The notes beneath the pieces are model-generated. The model had not been told where the DNA came from and did no database searches. It was given only the letters and a program-made list of their open reading frames with translations. Below, piece after piece: positions 21,707-33,442 of a DNA stretch of 38,953 nucleotides. Positions within the stretch are counted from its first letter, which is position 1. Each line of letters opens with the position of its first letter. The DNA is from Hydrurus foetidus (Eukaryota): the NCBI GenBank assembly GCA_900617105.1, contig UYFQ01000776.1, positions 1 through 38,953 of the forward strand. The letters run 5' to 3'. Made by a program: the position numbers and the translations under genes.

Positions 21707-24700
21707 ATGTCTGAAATGAATCTTGGCAAATTGAAGTATGAGCACCCACTCGTCGATAGATACGCATCAAAGGAGATGAGCTACCTATGGTCACCAACGA
21801 AGAAATTCTCGACATGGCGTAAACTATGGATTGCTCTTGCAGAATCCGAGAAATCTTTGGGCTTAGATATTACTGATGAGCAGATAGCACAGATGAAGGA
21901 GCATGTGATGGACATCGACTTTGAACTGGCTGATCAAAAGGAGACTGAGTTCAGACACGACGTCATGGCGCATGTGCACACTTTTGGAACGGCCGCCCCT
22001 AAGGCCATGCCCATTATTCATCTAGGAGCAACTAGTTGTTATGTTGGCGACAACACCGACATAATCCAAATGAAGGAATCACTCGTCTTGGTTCGAGGAA
22101 AACTGGTCAAGTTGATGAGCGTGTTAAAAGACTTCGCGAAGAAATATGCCAGTATGCCATGTCTTGGCTTCACGCATTGCCAGCCAGCACAGCTGACTAC
22201 AGTAGGAAAGAGATGCACCTTGTGGATGCAAGACTTTTACCTCGATTTCGGTGAACTGGACAGACTTATTAATGATTTACCAATGCGCGGTGTGAAGGGC
22301 ACAACTGGAACTCAAGCTACTTTTCTTGGTACGCTGTCAGTATCAAGAAGAATATTCCATTCCTCCACTCCTATATACTATCTTCTTCTGCTGTGAGACC
22401 TCTGATGTCAATAATTTTAATTGCAGAGCTTTTCAACGGTGATCACGAGAAAGTCAAGACGCTGAATAAAATGGTGTGTGACAAAATGGGATTCACAAAG
22501 TGGCAGCAGGTCTCTGGTCAGACTTACACCCGAAAGTTGGATTATATGGTGCTAAGCGCATTATCAGGATTGGCACAGAGTGCTTACAAGATGTGTGGAG
22601 ACATAAGGCTGCTTGCATCTATGAAGGAGATAGGTAAGGTTCTGATTTTACGAGAGTGTATCGGCAAGAAGACATCGGTGCAATAAAATGCCATCATACA
22701 TTCAGATTAGATTGCTGCATAATCTGAGCACCTCTTGATAATTACACTCCCACTTTTCATCATCTGCTATCATTATTAAGCATTACTTGTATCGACAGAT
22801 TTATCATGAAGAGTTACTTTTATGTCTGCGTGTCCTCCATGAGAAGTATGAAATACGGCGCAGTCACTACGTATCAATCATCTCTTCTGCTGTTCTTAGA
22901 GGAGCCCTTCGGAAAGAGTCAGATCGGGTCGAGCGCTATGGCGTACAAGCGCAACCCCATGCGCTCCGAGCGCGTGTGCAGTCTAGCGAGGTACCTCATC
23001 TCTCTCCCACAGGTGAATGCAGCTCGCAATACGCCACCATGCATAATTGCGTGAGGACTGAAAATGTTATTTCATCTCCATCTCTTCTGCTATGCTGTGC
23101 TCTGCGCATCGTCAAATCTGAACAAGAAATACTCCCATAATCCGATTGCACTGATCCTCCCCTTCACTCCTACTCTTGACGTACCTGTTATCGCAGAATG
23201 CAGCGCACACACACGCCAACCAGTGGTTTGAGCGCACTCTTGACGACTCCGCAGTGAGACGCATTGTTCTGCCGGAAGGATTTCTCGCTGCTGATGTCAT
23301 CCTGACCACTCTCATCAACATCGCAGATGGTCTTCACGTACGTCACTCCTCCTCCACGGCGATGATGGCTCCATTCTTCAACCCTGTTACCTCGACTTAG
23401 CTAGACAGCGATAAGGCGGGGCAATGTCTTGATTCTGCTCTTTCCATTTGTCCTGACTGTATTCCCGTCCACACAGGACTCAGATAAATTATTTCGAGAG
23501 CTCCCTTGCCTTGCCATGATTCTCTCTCTCTGTCTCTTTCCCACTCTCTCTCTGTCTCTCTCTCTTTCTCTTTCCCACTCTCTTTCTGTCTCTCTCTCTC
23601 TCTCCCTCCCCCCCTCTCTCTCTCTCTCTGTTCAACTCTCTCTCTCACGCACGAACACATATACATACAAACAAGCCTCTCCCGCTCGCTGTCCCTCTGA
23701 GTTGGCTGCCCCATATCTATGTCTGAAACTTATTTAAGGATATTGTGGCATAGTTCTACCAGAACTCACCTGCAGAGTGCCATATACTATTTGACAAGGG
23801 GCTTGCTCCAAATTGCGTTGAATCATTCTGTCCGCGCCGATCTAGTCTGATCCGATTTACTCCCTTCTAACTTGATGTGATGTGATGTAACTTGGTAGGT
23901 GTGGCCCGCTGTCATCAAGGCACACCTGCACTTGGAATTGCCCTTCATGGCTACTGAGGTCATTCTCATGCAGTGCGTGAAGGCAGGAGGGGACAGACAG
24001 ATCCTGCACGAGAGCATCAGAGAACATTCCATGGCAGCTGGACGCAGAGTAAGTTTTTCACCTTAATTCCTCTTCAACTCAAGGCTCCTCATCTATTGCT
24101 GATCCACGATTAATCTGGACCCACCACTATAAATGGCAATCCACACACACTAACTGCACGGTACGGTTTTGAGTGCGGTACAGGTAGTGTGCGTGGATTG
24201 CCGTTTACAGGGGTGGGTACAGATTAATCGTGGATCAGCAATAGATGAGGAGCCTTGAACTTCGACTGAGTCGCATCGCATTGTATCGCATCGCATCTAA
24301 TCTGTGATATTGGTCTTATCGTACTAATAATCCTCCACTCCCGTACCTCCCTCCATCTCTTGTGTGTGTTCAAATTAGTATTGCTTCAATACAGAATAAA
24401 ACTGTTGTGTTGGGACGCCTTACCCGATCAAACTTTACCCAATCTGACGTCATATTATTGAACTAACCCTGACCCAAATTTTCCGCAGGTGAAAGAGGAG
24501 GGCGCTGACAACGATCTGCTCTCCCGCATAGCTGGTGACGAGCTATTCTCAGCAGTGCACAGCACACTAGACTCTCTGTTGGACCCATCCCTGTTTGTTG
24601 GTCGCGCACCGCAGCAAGTGTCAGAATTCTTGGAGGAGTGTGTTGATCCCATTCTGCTGAAGCACTCTGCTGAGCTGCACAAGACCGGCATTGACGCGGT

Positions 24701-24710
24701 CAACGTCTAA
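21707..24710 (+). CDS. ADSL: Adenylosuccinate lyase, 6 exons, 484 aa
   Basis: Exons 21707-22328, 22427-22633, 22900-23012, 23197-23337, 23899-24048, 24489-24710 (1455 nt). Motifs [16 protein letters not shown], GFTHx[14 protein letters not shown], signature [19 protein letters not shown]. Confidence 0.97.
23520..23646. repeat. Imperfect (CT)n microsatellite in ADSL intron 4
   Basis: ~125 bp dominated by TCTCTC runs. Confidence 0.85.
24080..24257. mobile_element. 178-bp fold-back (MITE-like) element in ADSL intron 5 with 4-bp target-site duplication AACT
   Basis: Arms 24080-24159 and 24178-24257 are reverse complements (outer 38 bp perfect, 7 inner mismatches); AACT at 24076-24079 and 24258-24261. 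Confidence 0.85.
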
Positions 24711-25337
24711 TCACACCACACAACGCCTCTATTCTCCTCTCCAGCAGTAGCATTAGCAGCACAGAATATCCATTGAACCAACATCATCTCGCTTGTGGAT
24801 GTGGATGCATGTGTCGATGAGCGAGGGTGAGGATCTGCTGTATTTGCTCTGTAGTCTTGTTAGTGGACACTCCCAGCCCCTCTCCAGACAAGACCCTCTC
24901 TTGTTCTCTATGAAACAGCAGTGGCCAGTCACAATAACTCTGAACTCCTTCCTTCGAATCATCTCGTCACTCGTGTAGATCGGCAGTATATGTCTAAGTT
25001 ACCTCTCTCGTGGTATCGAGGATTGAATTTAAGTCCACCACGACCAGTCAATCTACATGGAGATAAATAGCTGGCTCTGAATGCAGCACGTCTTCACTCA
25101 CGCTGAAATTAGATAGAGGTTACATAACAAATAAAGGTAATAATCAGGCAACAGATACGTTTTGTTTTCTACAAGTTCACCCCGTCTCGTAAGTAATAAG
25201 TAATGTGTGACGATGACGGGAGGTGAAGGCGGTATGGGTGGAAAGGAGGTACATTGGACTGAGGTGAGGTGGTGCCTCGAACCAGCACAGTGCAACATCT
25301 CCAATCTATATCAGCACATTCGCAGCTGCAACTTTCT

Positions 25338-26393
25338 TTAAAGTGTGGAGGACTGGGATCGCATCAGCATCGCAGGCGGAGCAGTTGGAGCAGCAGGGCG
25401 ATTGGAAGGAGTGGCGGGCAGGGGCTTTCGTGCCCTCGGTCTGTACAATATCTTCCTGTTGATTGATCCAGATGAACTGTCTTCGGGGGCATTAGTGCAT
25501 GAGTCTTCATACGTGGGAGGCATCCGAAGCAATATGGAAGTGGCTGCTGCCAAATCATTGTTACTTCTTCGCAACGCAGAATTCGCAGCGTCACGCGAGA
25601 ATCCCATGTCGATTAATTGAAAGAGCATCACAGGGTCAGCACTGCTTCTCTGCGGAGGGTCGTCTACAGTATTAGCCTCCGATGGTGAGTCGCACGTCAC
25701 TTCTGAAGTGAAGCTGCCATTTGACTCTAGTCCATTTTCAACTGCTATTCCAACGGGAATGATACCGTTTACTGCGAAAGCGTCTGTCACCAAGAAGGGA
25801 GTCTTTTTCTTGGAGTTAACCGCGACTAAGATGTCCAAATTCTCATCCGTATACCCCCCACCTGATTCTGTGGAAGGGTCAGATATGATTCCGTTAGCTG
25901 CATCTAGAATGGTATCCTCTGCAGCGCACTCACCATCGAGATGATCCCTGCCGTCCATGAACGCCTGTGCAGTCACATCGTCAGTTATTTCGACATTTCC
26001 TTCTGGAATTTCCCACTGGGTCGTATCTGTCGCCAGACAGTAATAAAAGAATGTGTCGTACTCTCCGGAGAGATATTTTGTCCACTGCTCCTTCTTCGTT
26101 GAGGGAGCTGATGTTGAAGCGGCTGAAGAAGTGTCGACAGGCACAACAGGACCTCGCATTTTACTGCGCGATCCGAGTAATTCAGCTTTGATTTCGAGCT
26201 TGAGTCGTCCCGGAAGTTTTAGATCAGACCAAGCTTTTTCATCGTCTATTGCCATCAAGAGATCAGGCACACTGAAGTACCATTCTGACCGTATATAAGC
26301 CAAGTATTCCTCGAGCGCATCCGTGCGATTCAAACGTGAAAGCGCTGCGCTTAAAACTGCATGTATGCTCTCAGTTGATGCACTCTCGGACAT
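25338..26393 (-). CDS. Intronless 351-aa protein with SAM-like N-terminus, WW domain and UBA domain
   Basis: WW: QWTKYLSGEYDTFFYYCLATDTTQWEIP; UBA: QLIDMGFSRDAANSALRRSNNDLAAATSILL; SAM-like (weaker): LEEYLAYIRSEW...DL...WSDLKLPGRLKLEI; Pro-rich tail. Confidence 0.85.
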   Translation of the reverse strand: MSESASTESIHAVLSAALSRLNRTDALEEYLAYIRSEWYFSVPDLLMAIDDEKAWSDLKLPGRLKLEIKAELLGSRSKMRGPVVPVDTSSAASTSAPSTKKEQWTKYLSGEYDTFFYYCLATDTTQWEIPEGNVEITDDVTAQAFMDGRDHLDGECAAEDTILDAANGIISDPSTESGGGYTDENLDILVAVNSKKKTPFLVTDAFAVNGIIPVGIAVENGLESNGSFTSEVTCDSPSEANTVDDPPQRSSADPVMLFQLIDMGFSRDAANSALRRSNNDLAAATSILLRMPPTYEDSCTNAPEDSSSGSINRKILYRPRARKPLPATPSNRPAAPTAPPAMLMRSQSSTL

Positions 26394-26663
26394 GCCAGTT
26401 TCAGATGCGGCTTCCTTGTGATTGCGATATGGCTTTGAAGTGGAGGTGATGATGATGATCAGTTATAAATACGTTATCCTCTTCAAAGTTCAAAGGTACT
26501 GTGCGTGCACGTACAATGTACAACCCGATATCACTTGATATTATGGTCAACCTGTCAACATTATGTTCGATCAAATCGAGAAGGTGAAGTGGCTTACAAC
26601 GTGTAATTTTAACTTCGTAAAATTGACTTTTCCACGATACTATCTCAGAATAAATTAACGCCC

Positions 26664-27953
26664 ATGTTGCAAAATCGACTGTCTCGCCTGCTTCTCTGTT
26701 CAGCAATATCACTATCGCTTCAGCTGAATTGCTTGGTATGTTGTCGTATGCCATCACTGGCATTTTCCGCCGGCGCAAATAAGAAGCGATCAGTACTACC
26801 TCAGGAAAAAATTCTGAAGACTCTTACATACTACAAGCTAGATAAAGCTCTCTCCCAAGATTTAGTCGATCTTGCCGAAAACGCCTTGAGAAGCTGGAAC
26901 AATCAACACTCCATATTTCTATCGCAGCCAGATCAGAAGGCTGTCACGGAAGCCTTTAAGGATCTGATGGGACTTAAAGTAGATTTTGCCGGTGGCTACG
27001 CTGGAGCCGAAAATTGCCGAGCAGTTTTTCAGCGCGTGGGAGAGACTGGGGATGATTATAGTGAATTTGATGACACAGCAGCTGGAAAAACGTTTGATGT
27101 GGACGAAATTATTGCGGTGCTAAACATTGAGGGAAATTTTTTATTTGAAAAAGCTACTTACGATGATTTCAGGAGCGCGATGGTTAATGCTCTGGGTGGA
27201 AACAAGGGGCAGGTGATAAAACATTCGAGATAATATGGCGCTCGTTATTACGTCGACCAAATAATGACAGTTTATTCAACAGATAGGGGATATCATTCTC
27301 CTGGGAGATCGAGGCGCACAGGTTATGCTTCTACCAGAACAGTGCGAAAAAGTTTGCTCTGGTTTAAAGCAAATTCGATCCGTACCAGTCGATGTCGATA
27401 GAATAGATTTGAAGGACCTAAAGGTCAAAGCACAAGTCGTGAAAGAGGTGAGAAAGTCAAAAACACCCTGACACTGAAGGACCATTAGCATCCTGCTTAA
27501 CAGAGGACAACATTTTCTTTGATGTGATATCATTAGATGACAGCTGTTGAGGCGTCATTGCGGCTAGATGCGGTTGCATCCGGTGGGTTCGGACTGAGTC
27601 GCACCAAGATGGTGAGTCTAGTAGAGGGAGGGGACGTCATGGTAGACTGGAGCACCGTCAAAAATCCTGCACACAATGTCCAGGTACTGCATGTCATTCT
27701 TGGCAATGTTATTCATGTTATCTCTCCCTCCCTTCATTCTTCCTTCCGCTGATTCCAAGTTGAATTTTGAAATTGGATTTTGTTCGCTCTTAAAAATGAA
27801 AATTGATCAATTCTCCCTCTTTTTTATTTTTTTACTCGCTCCCTGTAGCCTGGTCAGGAAGTTAGTATTAGAGGTGTTGGGCGACTTTTAATTCAAGAAT
27901 GCGGACCGACTAGTAAAGGAAAGTTCAAGATTAAAATGAAAAGATTTTCTTAA
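26664..27953 (+). CDS. ylmH: YlmH/Sll1252 family S4-domain RNA-binding protein (photosystem II S4 domain protein-like), 4 exons, 321 aa, probable plastid targeting
   Basis: Exons 26664-27212, 27283-27447, 27537-27683, 27849-27953 (966 nt). Motifs GGYAGAENCR, IEGNFLFEKATYDDF, IGDIILLGDRGAQ, EASLRLDAVASGGFGLSRTKM, IRGVGRL, TSKGKF. Leader ends ...PSLA|F. Confidence 0.88.
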
Positions 27954-28713
27954 GCGCAAACGTAGTACAGTAAAGAACAGAACAGAACACGGCTTCCAAC
28001 GGTATCTCTGTTTTGCCTCTGTAAATAATCATTTTAATGTATCAAAAGTATGTTAATCTATCTACTTTTATTTGAAGAATCTAAGTTCATTTGAAACCGT
28101 CTAGAATAATTTGTCTATCTAAAATATTTTTGAAAGTGTCAAGAATTTATTGGAGTTTACTTGAGAGTTTCAGGAATAAGGTTTGGAGGTAGGTATGCAT
28201 TAGTCTAGATCTAGATTAAGGGGTTAAGGGAAGGTAAAGGGACGGGGCCGCGAATCACACCCAATATCGTCTCTGCGAAGCAAAGCAAGGAAAATTATGA
28301 ATGCAGCAGTTACACACAGCACAACAAAGTCAAGCCCTCACTCGATATCTCCACCGTAGCATATCGAGATCAAAGTGCGCCTTTCAAAAGTTGTCAACGC
28401 AGTCATCATCACCATGTACAGTAGTGCACGGGAGAGTGGGGGAGTGAGTGTAGTCGTGAACGTAATGAGGAAGAAGTTCTCCGACGGAAACAGAGGAAAA
28501 GAATATGTATACGTGTATCTAAATGTACATTAAACAGGGCTGGTCCACTTCTACAACTCTGTCATGGGGGTTTCAGTAATCTGAAAACACTACTAAGTAT
28601 TCTCTGTCTGTGGTTGAGCGAGAATTGACATTGAAACACTTCTAGAATGGCGGTGCCCATCTTTCTGGTGAGCGACGCTGGACGCTTGAGGGGTAGGGGC
28701 GCAGAGAGAGATC

Positions 28714-31700
28714 TTATCTGCGTGCCGCGTAATGTTGCGAGTCACGTATGAGTCCTCTAAGAACAATGTTGGGAATTAATATACGATTGGCAAGCATGAG
28801 ATTCGTTTTTGGACTTCTTGTGCTGTTGAGCAGCCACTTCTCGATGTTGCCCCTCTCGTACGTGTGTCCGTCAGAACAAATTACAGGGTCCTCCATGACG
28901 TCATACCCTATGGGGCAGAGGAAGGCATCTGAAGGGGGACTGCCATAACTCGCTTTCTTGCCCAATTCAGATGAGAGGAGCAAGCTGAGAATCTCATACA
29001 ACTCATTGAAAGATGGTCGACCTGACACCTCCCCGAGACATCTTGAGACGGCATTCTCTTCCACTGGAGAGGCGGCATATTCATCGGCAGGCATCATGGT
29101 CAGTCGGTCCCCATCGATGTGACTCCTCATGATCTGTTGAGCGGATTTTCCCTCCCAGGGGATCTGGCCTGTTGAGAGCTCTAGCAGAATGACACCGAAG
29201 CTGTACACGTCAGCTGTCAGCTGGACTACCCCGCTGTGCTCCATTACCTCAGGTGCTGTCCACGCCAACGTGCTGACCATGTTGCGGCTGTGGGACCACG
29301 TCTGCTTGGTGAGAGACTTCATGCCAAAGTCAGCAATCTTAGCCCTTCCGTCATAGGCTACGATGACGTTGCTACTCTTCAAGTCTCCATGCACGATGTT
29401 CAGGCTGTGCAGAAAGCGCATGCCGTCAGAGATGTCGAAGGCGAGTCGGAGACGATTGCACTTGTTGAGTGGCGCGATATTGATGCGGCAGTAGTCGTGG
29501 AGGATGTCGTAGAGGGAGCCCCTGCCCATGGCCTCCATGATGAGAGCCACTGTGCCCTCCAGCACAGATAGCTCATGACATACCCCTAAGAGGTTCTGTA
29601 GTCTGCAGTGCTTCAATTGGGAGAGCACCGTGAGTTCTGCCTCAAGTGCTTCAGCGTCAGAGCTGTTTATCTCACAGCGCAGCACCTTCACAGCGACAGC
29701 TGTACCCTTCCAGCTACCCTCATACAAAGAGTACACTCCCTCGCACCCCTTGCACTCTGTGACGCTGCAGTCAGACCGGGGGATGATGAGGATCTGCTGT
29801 GCGGGTGAGACTTGTTCCTTTAGACCGAGGCCTGAGTCAATTCCGAGAGGGGCAGAGGTGTCTCGACTGTGGGTTGAAGTTGGCTCATCGGACAGGGATG
29901 GTGCCATACCCGATGGAGATGGAGATGTTGGTCCCGATGTTGATGGTGGTGGCGGACTATGTGCAGGTGTATCTGATGCGTGAGACACTACAAGGGGATA
30001 AGGGGTCACTCGATGGGAGGAGTGTTGTGTGTCCCGGTTACCCAGGACGTCAAGTGCGACACCGCTGTTTGTCTGAAAAATAAGAAGGCGGCAGCATGAG
30101 GAGTGAGTATGAAGTAAGGAGCATAGGTCAACAGGATGGCTCTGCAGTACAATACAGTGCTACGCTACAATGCGGAGCAGTTACAGTAGATGTGCACAAC
30201 GAATGCGGAGTAGTAGCTACGCTCGCTCCGTATCTCTGAGGTCATCTTGTCTTACCTGAGTCGCCTCTCCTTCAACAGCATTGTCATGAGCAGCAGTAGA
30301 ATCTGAAGCAGCAGGAACGCGGAAGCTGGACAATAGGTTCCAGATCGCGGAACCTTCCACAGCCATGTCAAGCACTGTGCTCCCGTTCTATCTCATCGAG
30401 AAAAAAAACTTTAAGATTTCAGTCACAAGTACGTCTCGTACACGAGGTGCAGTTAGAGAGAATCTATCTATTGGATCAAGTATCCTGGATATGCTCTCAA
30501 TTCTCAGCCATTGGGGTTATGTGTGCTCACCTGTAGAGCCAGCTGCCTGTCCGCTCCTCGGCTTGTAAGGAGATCAACAGCATCGAAGTGGTCCTCTATA
30601 GCAGCGTGCATGAGAGCTGTGCGTCCTCCCTAAGGAAAATAGATTATATATCGATGCATTAGTATATCAGCCGGCATATCAGTCAGTTGATCAGTATATC
30701 AGTCAGTGTGTCAAGTAGTCAGTCATCTACCCAGTTAGCCAAACGTTCGATGTTATTGCCTTACGTCGTATCAGTGTATTAGTCATTCACTGAATTACAC
30801 ATGAATGATGTGAATGAAGCATGAATTCATTAACAATGGAGTAGGCAACGGAGTAGTTATTACATGGTTGGTGCGGTCGATGTCAGCTCCAGCGTAGAGT
30901 AGCAGGGTGATGACATCTAGATGACCGGCGGCAGCAGCATTGATCAGGGCAGTGTTGCCGTCCTGCATGATAATAGAAAGAGATGATAAGGTCGGAAGTA
31001 ATCTAGATTATATTGCCAGTAAGAGGTCATGACAAGCGAGATTGCTGCTGTTGTGTGTTTGACGATGTCGTATACAGTGGCACACACCGAGTCGAATGCC
31101 TCAACGTTAGCTCCCTTCCCCAGCAGCAACGCCACTACTGCCAGCCGCCCTCTGCCTGCGGCGTCAATGATCGGTGTGATACCTTCCTGAAGATATGGAC
31201 GTTACATTGTTGCATATTAGCGTAGTTTACTGACTGAGATTACGTTAAAAGCTGGTTGAGACGCTACGCTAAGGTGAAGCAAAGCAAACAAGATATCACT
31301 CAGAGGCGTTGACTTGCATTCGCAGAAGCTTCAATATTGGCTCCGCCCTCTAGAAGAACTTCAGCGACTGCTGCATGGCCCTCTCTCGCCGCCATCATGA
31401 GCGCGGTGCCCTGGAACTGAAGTATTTGGAAGTGCGATCGAATCTAAGTGTCGCATACTTGCAGGTCATAATTCAGACAGTAAAACAGAAAACAGACGAT
31501 TTCTTACGTAATTTGCCGCCTCAAGGTCTGCACCGGCCCTCAATAGTAGTGAAACCACTTCGACATGTCCCTCCTGAGCAGCAATAATGAGCGCCGTCTC
31601 ACCTCTCTGAATAAGCAGAGCAGTCGATGCACATGATCCATCACTATAAAAGACGACAAAAGGAGGTTGGAGAGGATTCTTCCTCAGAGCAGACTTACCC

Positions 31701-32002
31701 TGTTTTTGTAGTCACAATTGGCCCTATTGAGTAAGCAAACTTCCACCTCTTCCAATTTACCATTCCAAGCTGCTATAAGCAAATTGACCTCCTGTTTATG
31801 CGTATTTCACAATTTACTTGCAGTTAGACGAAATCGAAGTCCTTCTCTCCTATATTTAATGTAAGGACATAGTGAGTCATTCAAACAACGGATCTTTTGC
31901 TAGGAAGCCACAATTGTTACAGGTTCTTTTGACGAGACAATCCCAAGTGGAACTCTCTATCGAATGCTGTGGCAGCCGACTCTTACTGTACTGACTCACC
32001 AT
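28714..32002 (-). CDS. Ankyrin-repeat / TKL-type protein kinase / U-box protein, 9 coding exons, ~693 aa
   Basis: Exons: 32002-32000 (ATG only, tentative), 31791-31699, 31606-31508, 31416-31318, 31186-31088, 30962-30864, 30629-30531, 30387-30256, 30072-28714. Ankyrin GxTAL/PxxxAAxxGH; kinase VAVK, HGDLKSSN, DFG, APE, DVYSFG; U-box FLCPIGYDVMEDPVICSDGHTYER...SPKTN...LIPN. Confidence 0.9.
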
Positions 32003-32238
32003 CAGATCGCTCCAACTTGATGCGTTTAGAGCCTCCTATTGTCTTGCTATCACAGATGGCATCTCGATTCTCGAAAAAGCTGATGATTACGTTGTGCTTC
32101 GTAGGTTGTAGTTCCCCAGTATATGCGGTGGAAAATGAATACCCTCGTTGACGTGCGTGATCCGATCTTGATCTGGGCTGCACAAAAATCAAAAATCTTT
32201 CCCAGATCTGGGGATCTAGGTCGTCTTTTTGTGTAACG

Positions 32239-33442
32239 CAGTGGCCGGTTTACCGTCTCCGCCCATACCGTCCAGAGTGCCTCTTTATTTGCTGCGTGGG
32301 GGCTAGGGATAGGGCCCTAGATACGGTAAACCCAAGATCCCCTATCTAGGGCCCTAATTTAGGGTCAGGAGTAGACATAGGGTCACCATACTAATTATTA
32401 ATTTTGAAAGTAAACTTTAGCATTGGTCTGTATTTGACATTTCTGGGAGTACTTACAGAACCAATGGAATACTGGTATAGTGGTCTGTTGATCGGAAACG
32501 GCCTGTCGCTACTTGCGGGTTCGAACCGCTCATGTCCCAATGCGGTATGAGTACTGCAGTGGGCGACACTAATGTCAAAAAAATCCCGGGTTCGAATGAA
32601 AAATGAAGCCAGAGAGGTATGATAGTGCGCGCGGTACGGAGTCATACAGTGTGGTCTAGCGAGAAGGGTTGTGCCTTCGAAGCTTCCAGCTGAGAGCTGT
32701 ACAGAGTGCTATCCCACCCCCTTAGTGAGGACAGTCAATAACTTCTTGCTTGTGAGAATGAACAATTGTGTCAGCCGCAACATCATTGACCCTCTATCCA
32801 AGTAAACTCATCGAGATGCTGATCCCAATATTGTGCAGCCAAGTGGTCTCATCGACAGATACTGCTTCATTTTGAGAAAGACTGCATCTGGAAACAATTT
32901 CTACAGATGTCGCATATGCAGTCACGAGTTCACAGGTTCCAAAGTTGTAGCTGCGACCCACTTTGAAAAAAAGTTGAGCGGACAACAACTACAAAAGTGC
33001 AGTGGTCCCATACAGCCCCAACTTCAGCATGCTCTCACTGCCAAATTAATTGAAAAGAATGACGCAGATGAGGCAGTGAAGAAGAGACAGAAAGTCACTG
33101 ATATTATGGCCCCAGATGGTTCTTTGGCATCAATGTTTGCATTGCAGGCCTCACCTGCTGCAGATGCTTCGATACTCAGGTTTATCGTTACCCAAGGACT
33201 CGCACCATCGCTTGTCAATGCCTCAAGCTTTCGAGCGATGATCAAGGCCGTCAGAAGCATACCTTCAAACTATGCACCACCTACAAAGCACTCATTGGGA
33301 ATGAACAGCGTCAGATCAAGTGATGAAAACGGCTACGGGAAAGTTCTTTCTGATGAGATTGTGCGTTGCCGACAATCAAGGGATCAGATGCTCAATGGGG
33401 TTGCAGCGATTGGGGGCACATTATGCAACGATGGAGCCAAAT
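32239..33442 (+). mobile_element. 5' portion of a hAT DNA transposon
   Basis: Candidate left terminus CAGTGGCCGGTTTACCG at 32239 (partner TIR not in window), TAGGGCCCTA subterminal repeats ~32311 and ~32348, followed by a transposase fragment. Confidence 0.65.
32758..33442 (+). pseudogene. Truncated hAT transposase (BED zinc finger to first catalytic Asp)
   Basis: ATG 32758, in-frame TAA 32803-32805; BED-type CRICSHEF...THF...QKC; ADASILRFIVTQGLAPSLV..SF..MI....NYAPPT; GGTLCNDG (cf. GxTLxxDG). Similarity stops at 33442. Confidence 0.8.

Noticed and set aside
28216..28247. Telomere-like TTAAGGG(G) units
   Set aside because: Only two or three imperfect units in intergenic DNA.
32466..32540. 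Functional tRNA gene
   Set aside because: Acceptor and anticodon stems do not pair and the T-arm is short; kept only as a Pol III-like motif finding.
3567..32805. Stop-codon reassignment suggested by in-frame TAA at 3567, 17589 and 32803
   Set aside because: All occur in decayed sequences; ACC (2307 aa) and ADSL have no internal stops, and intact genes end in TAA, TAG and TGA.
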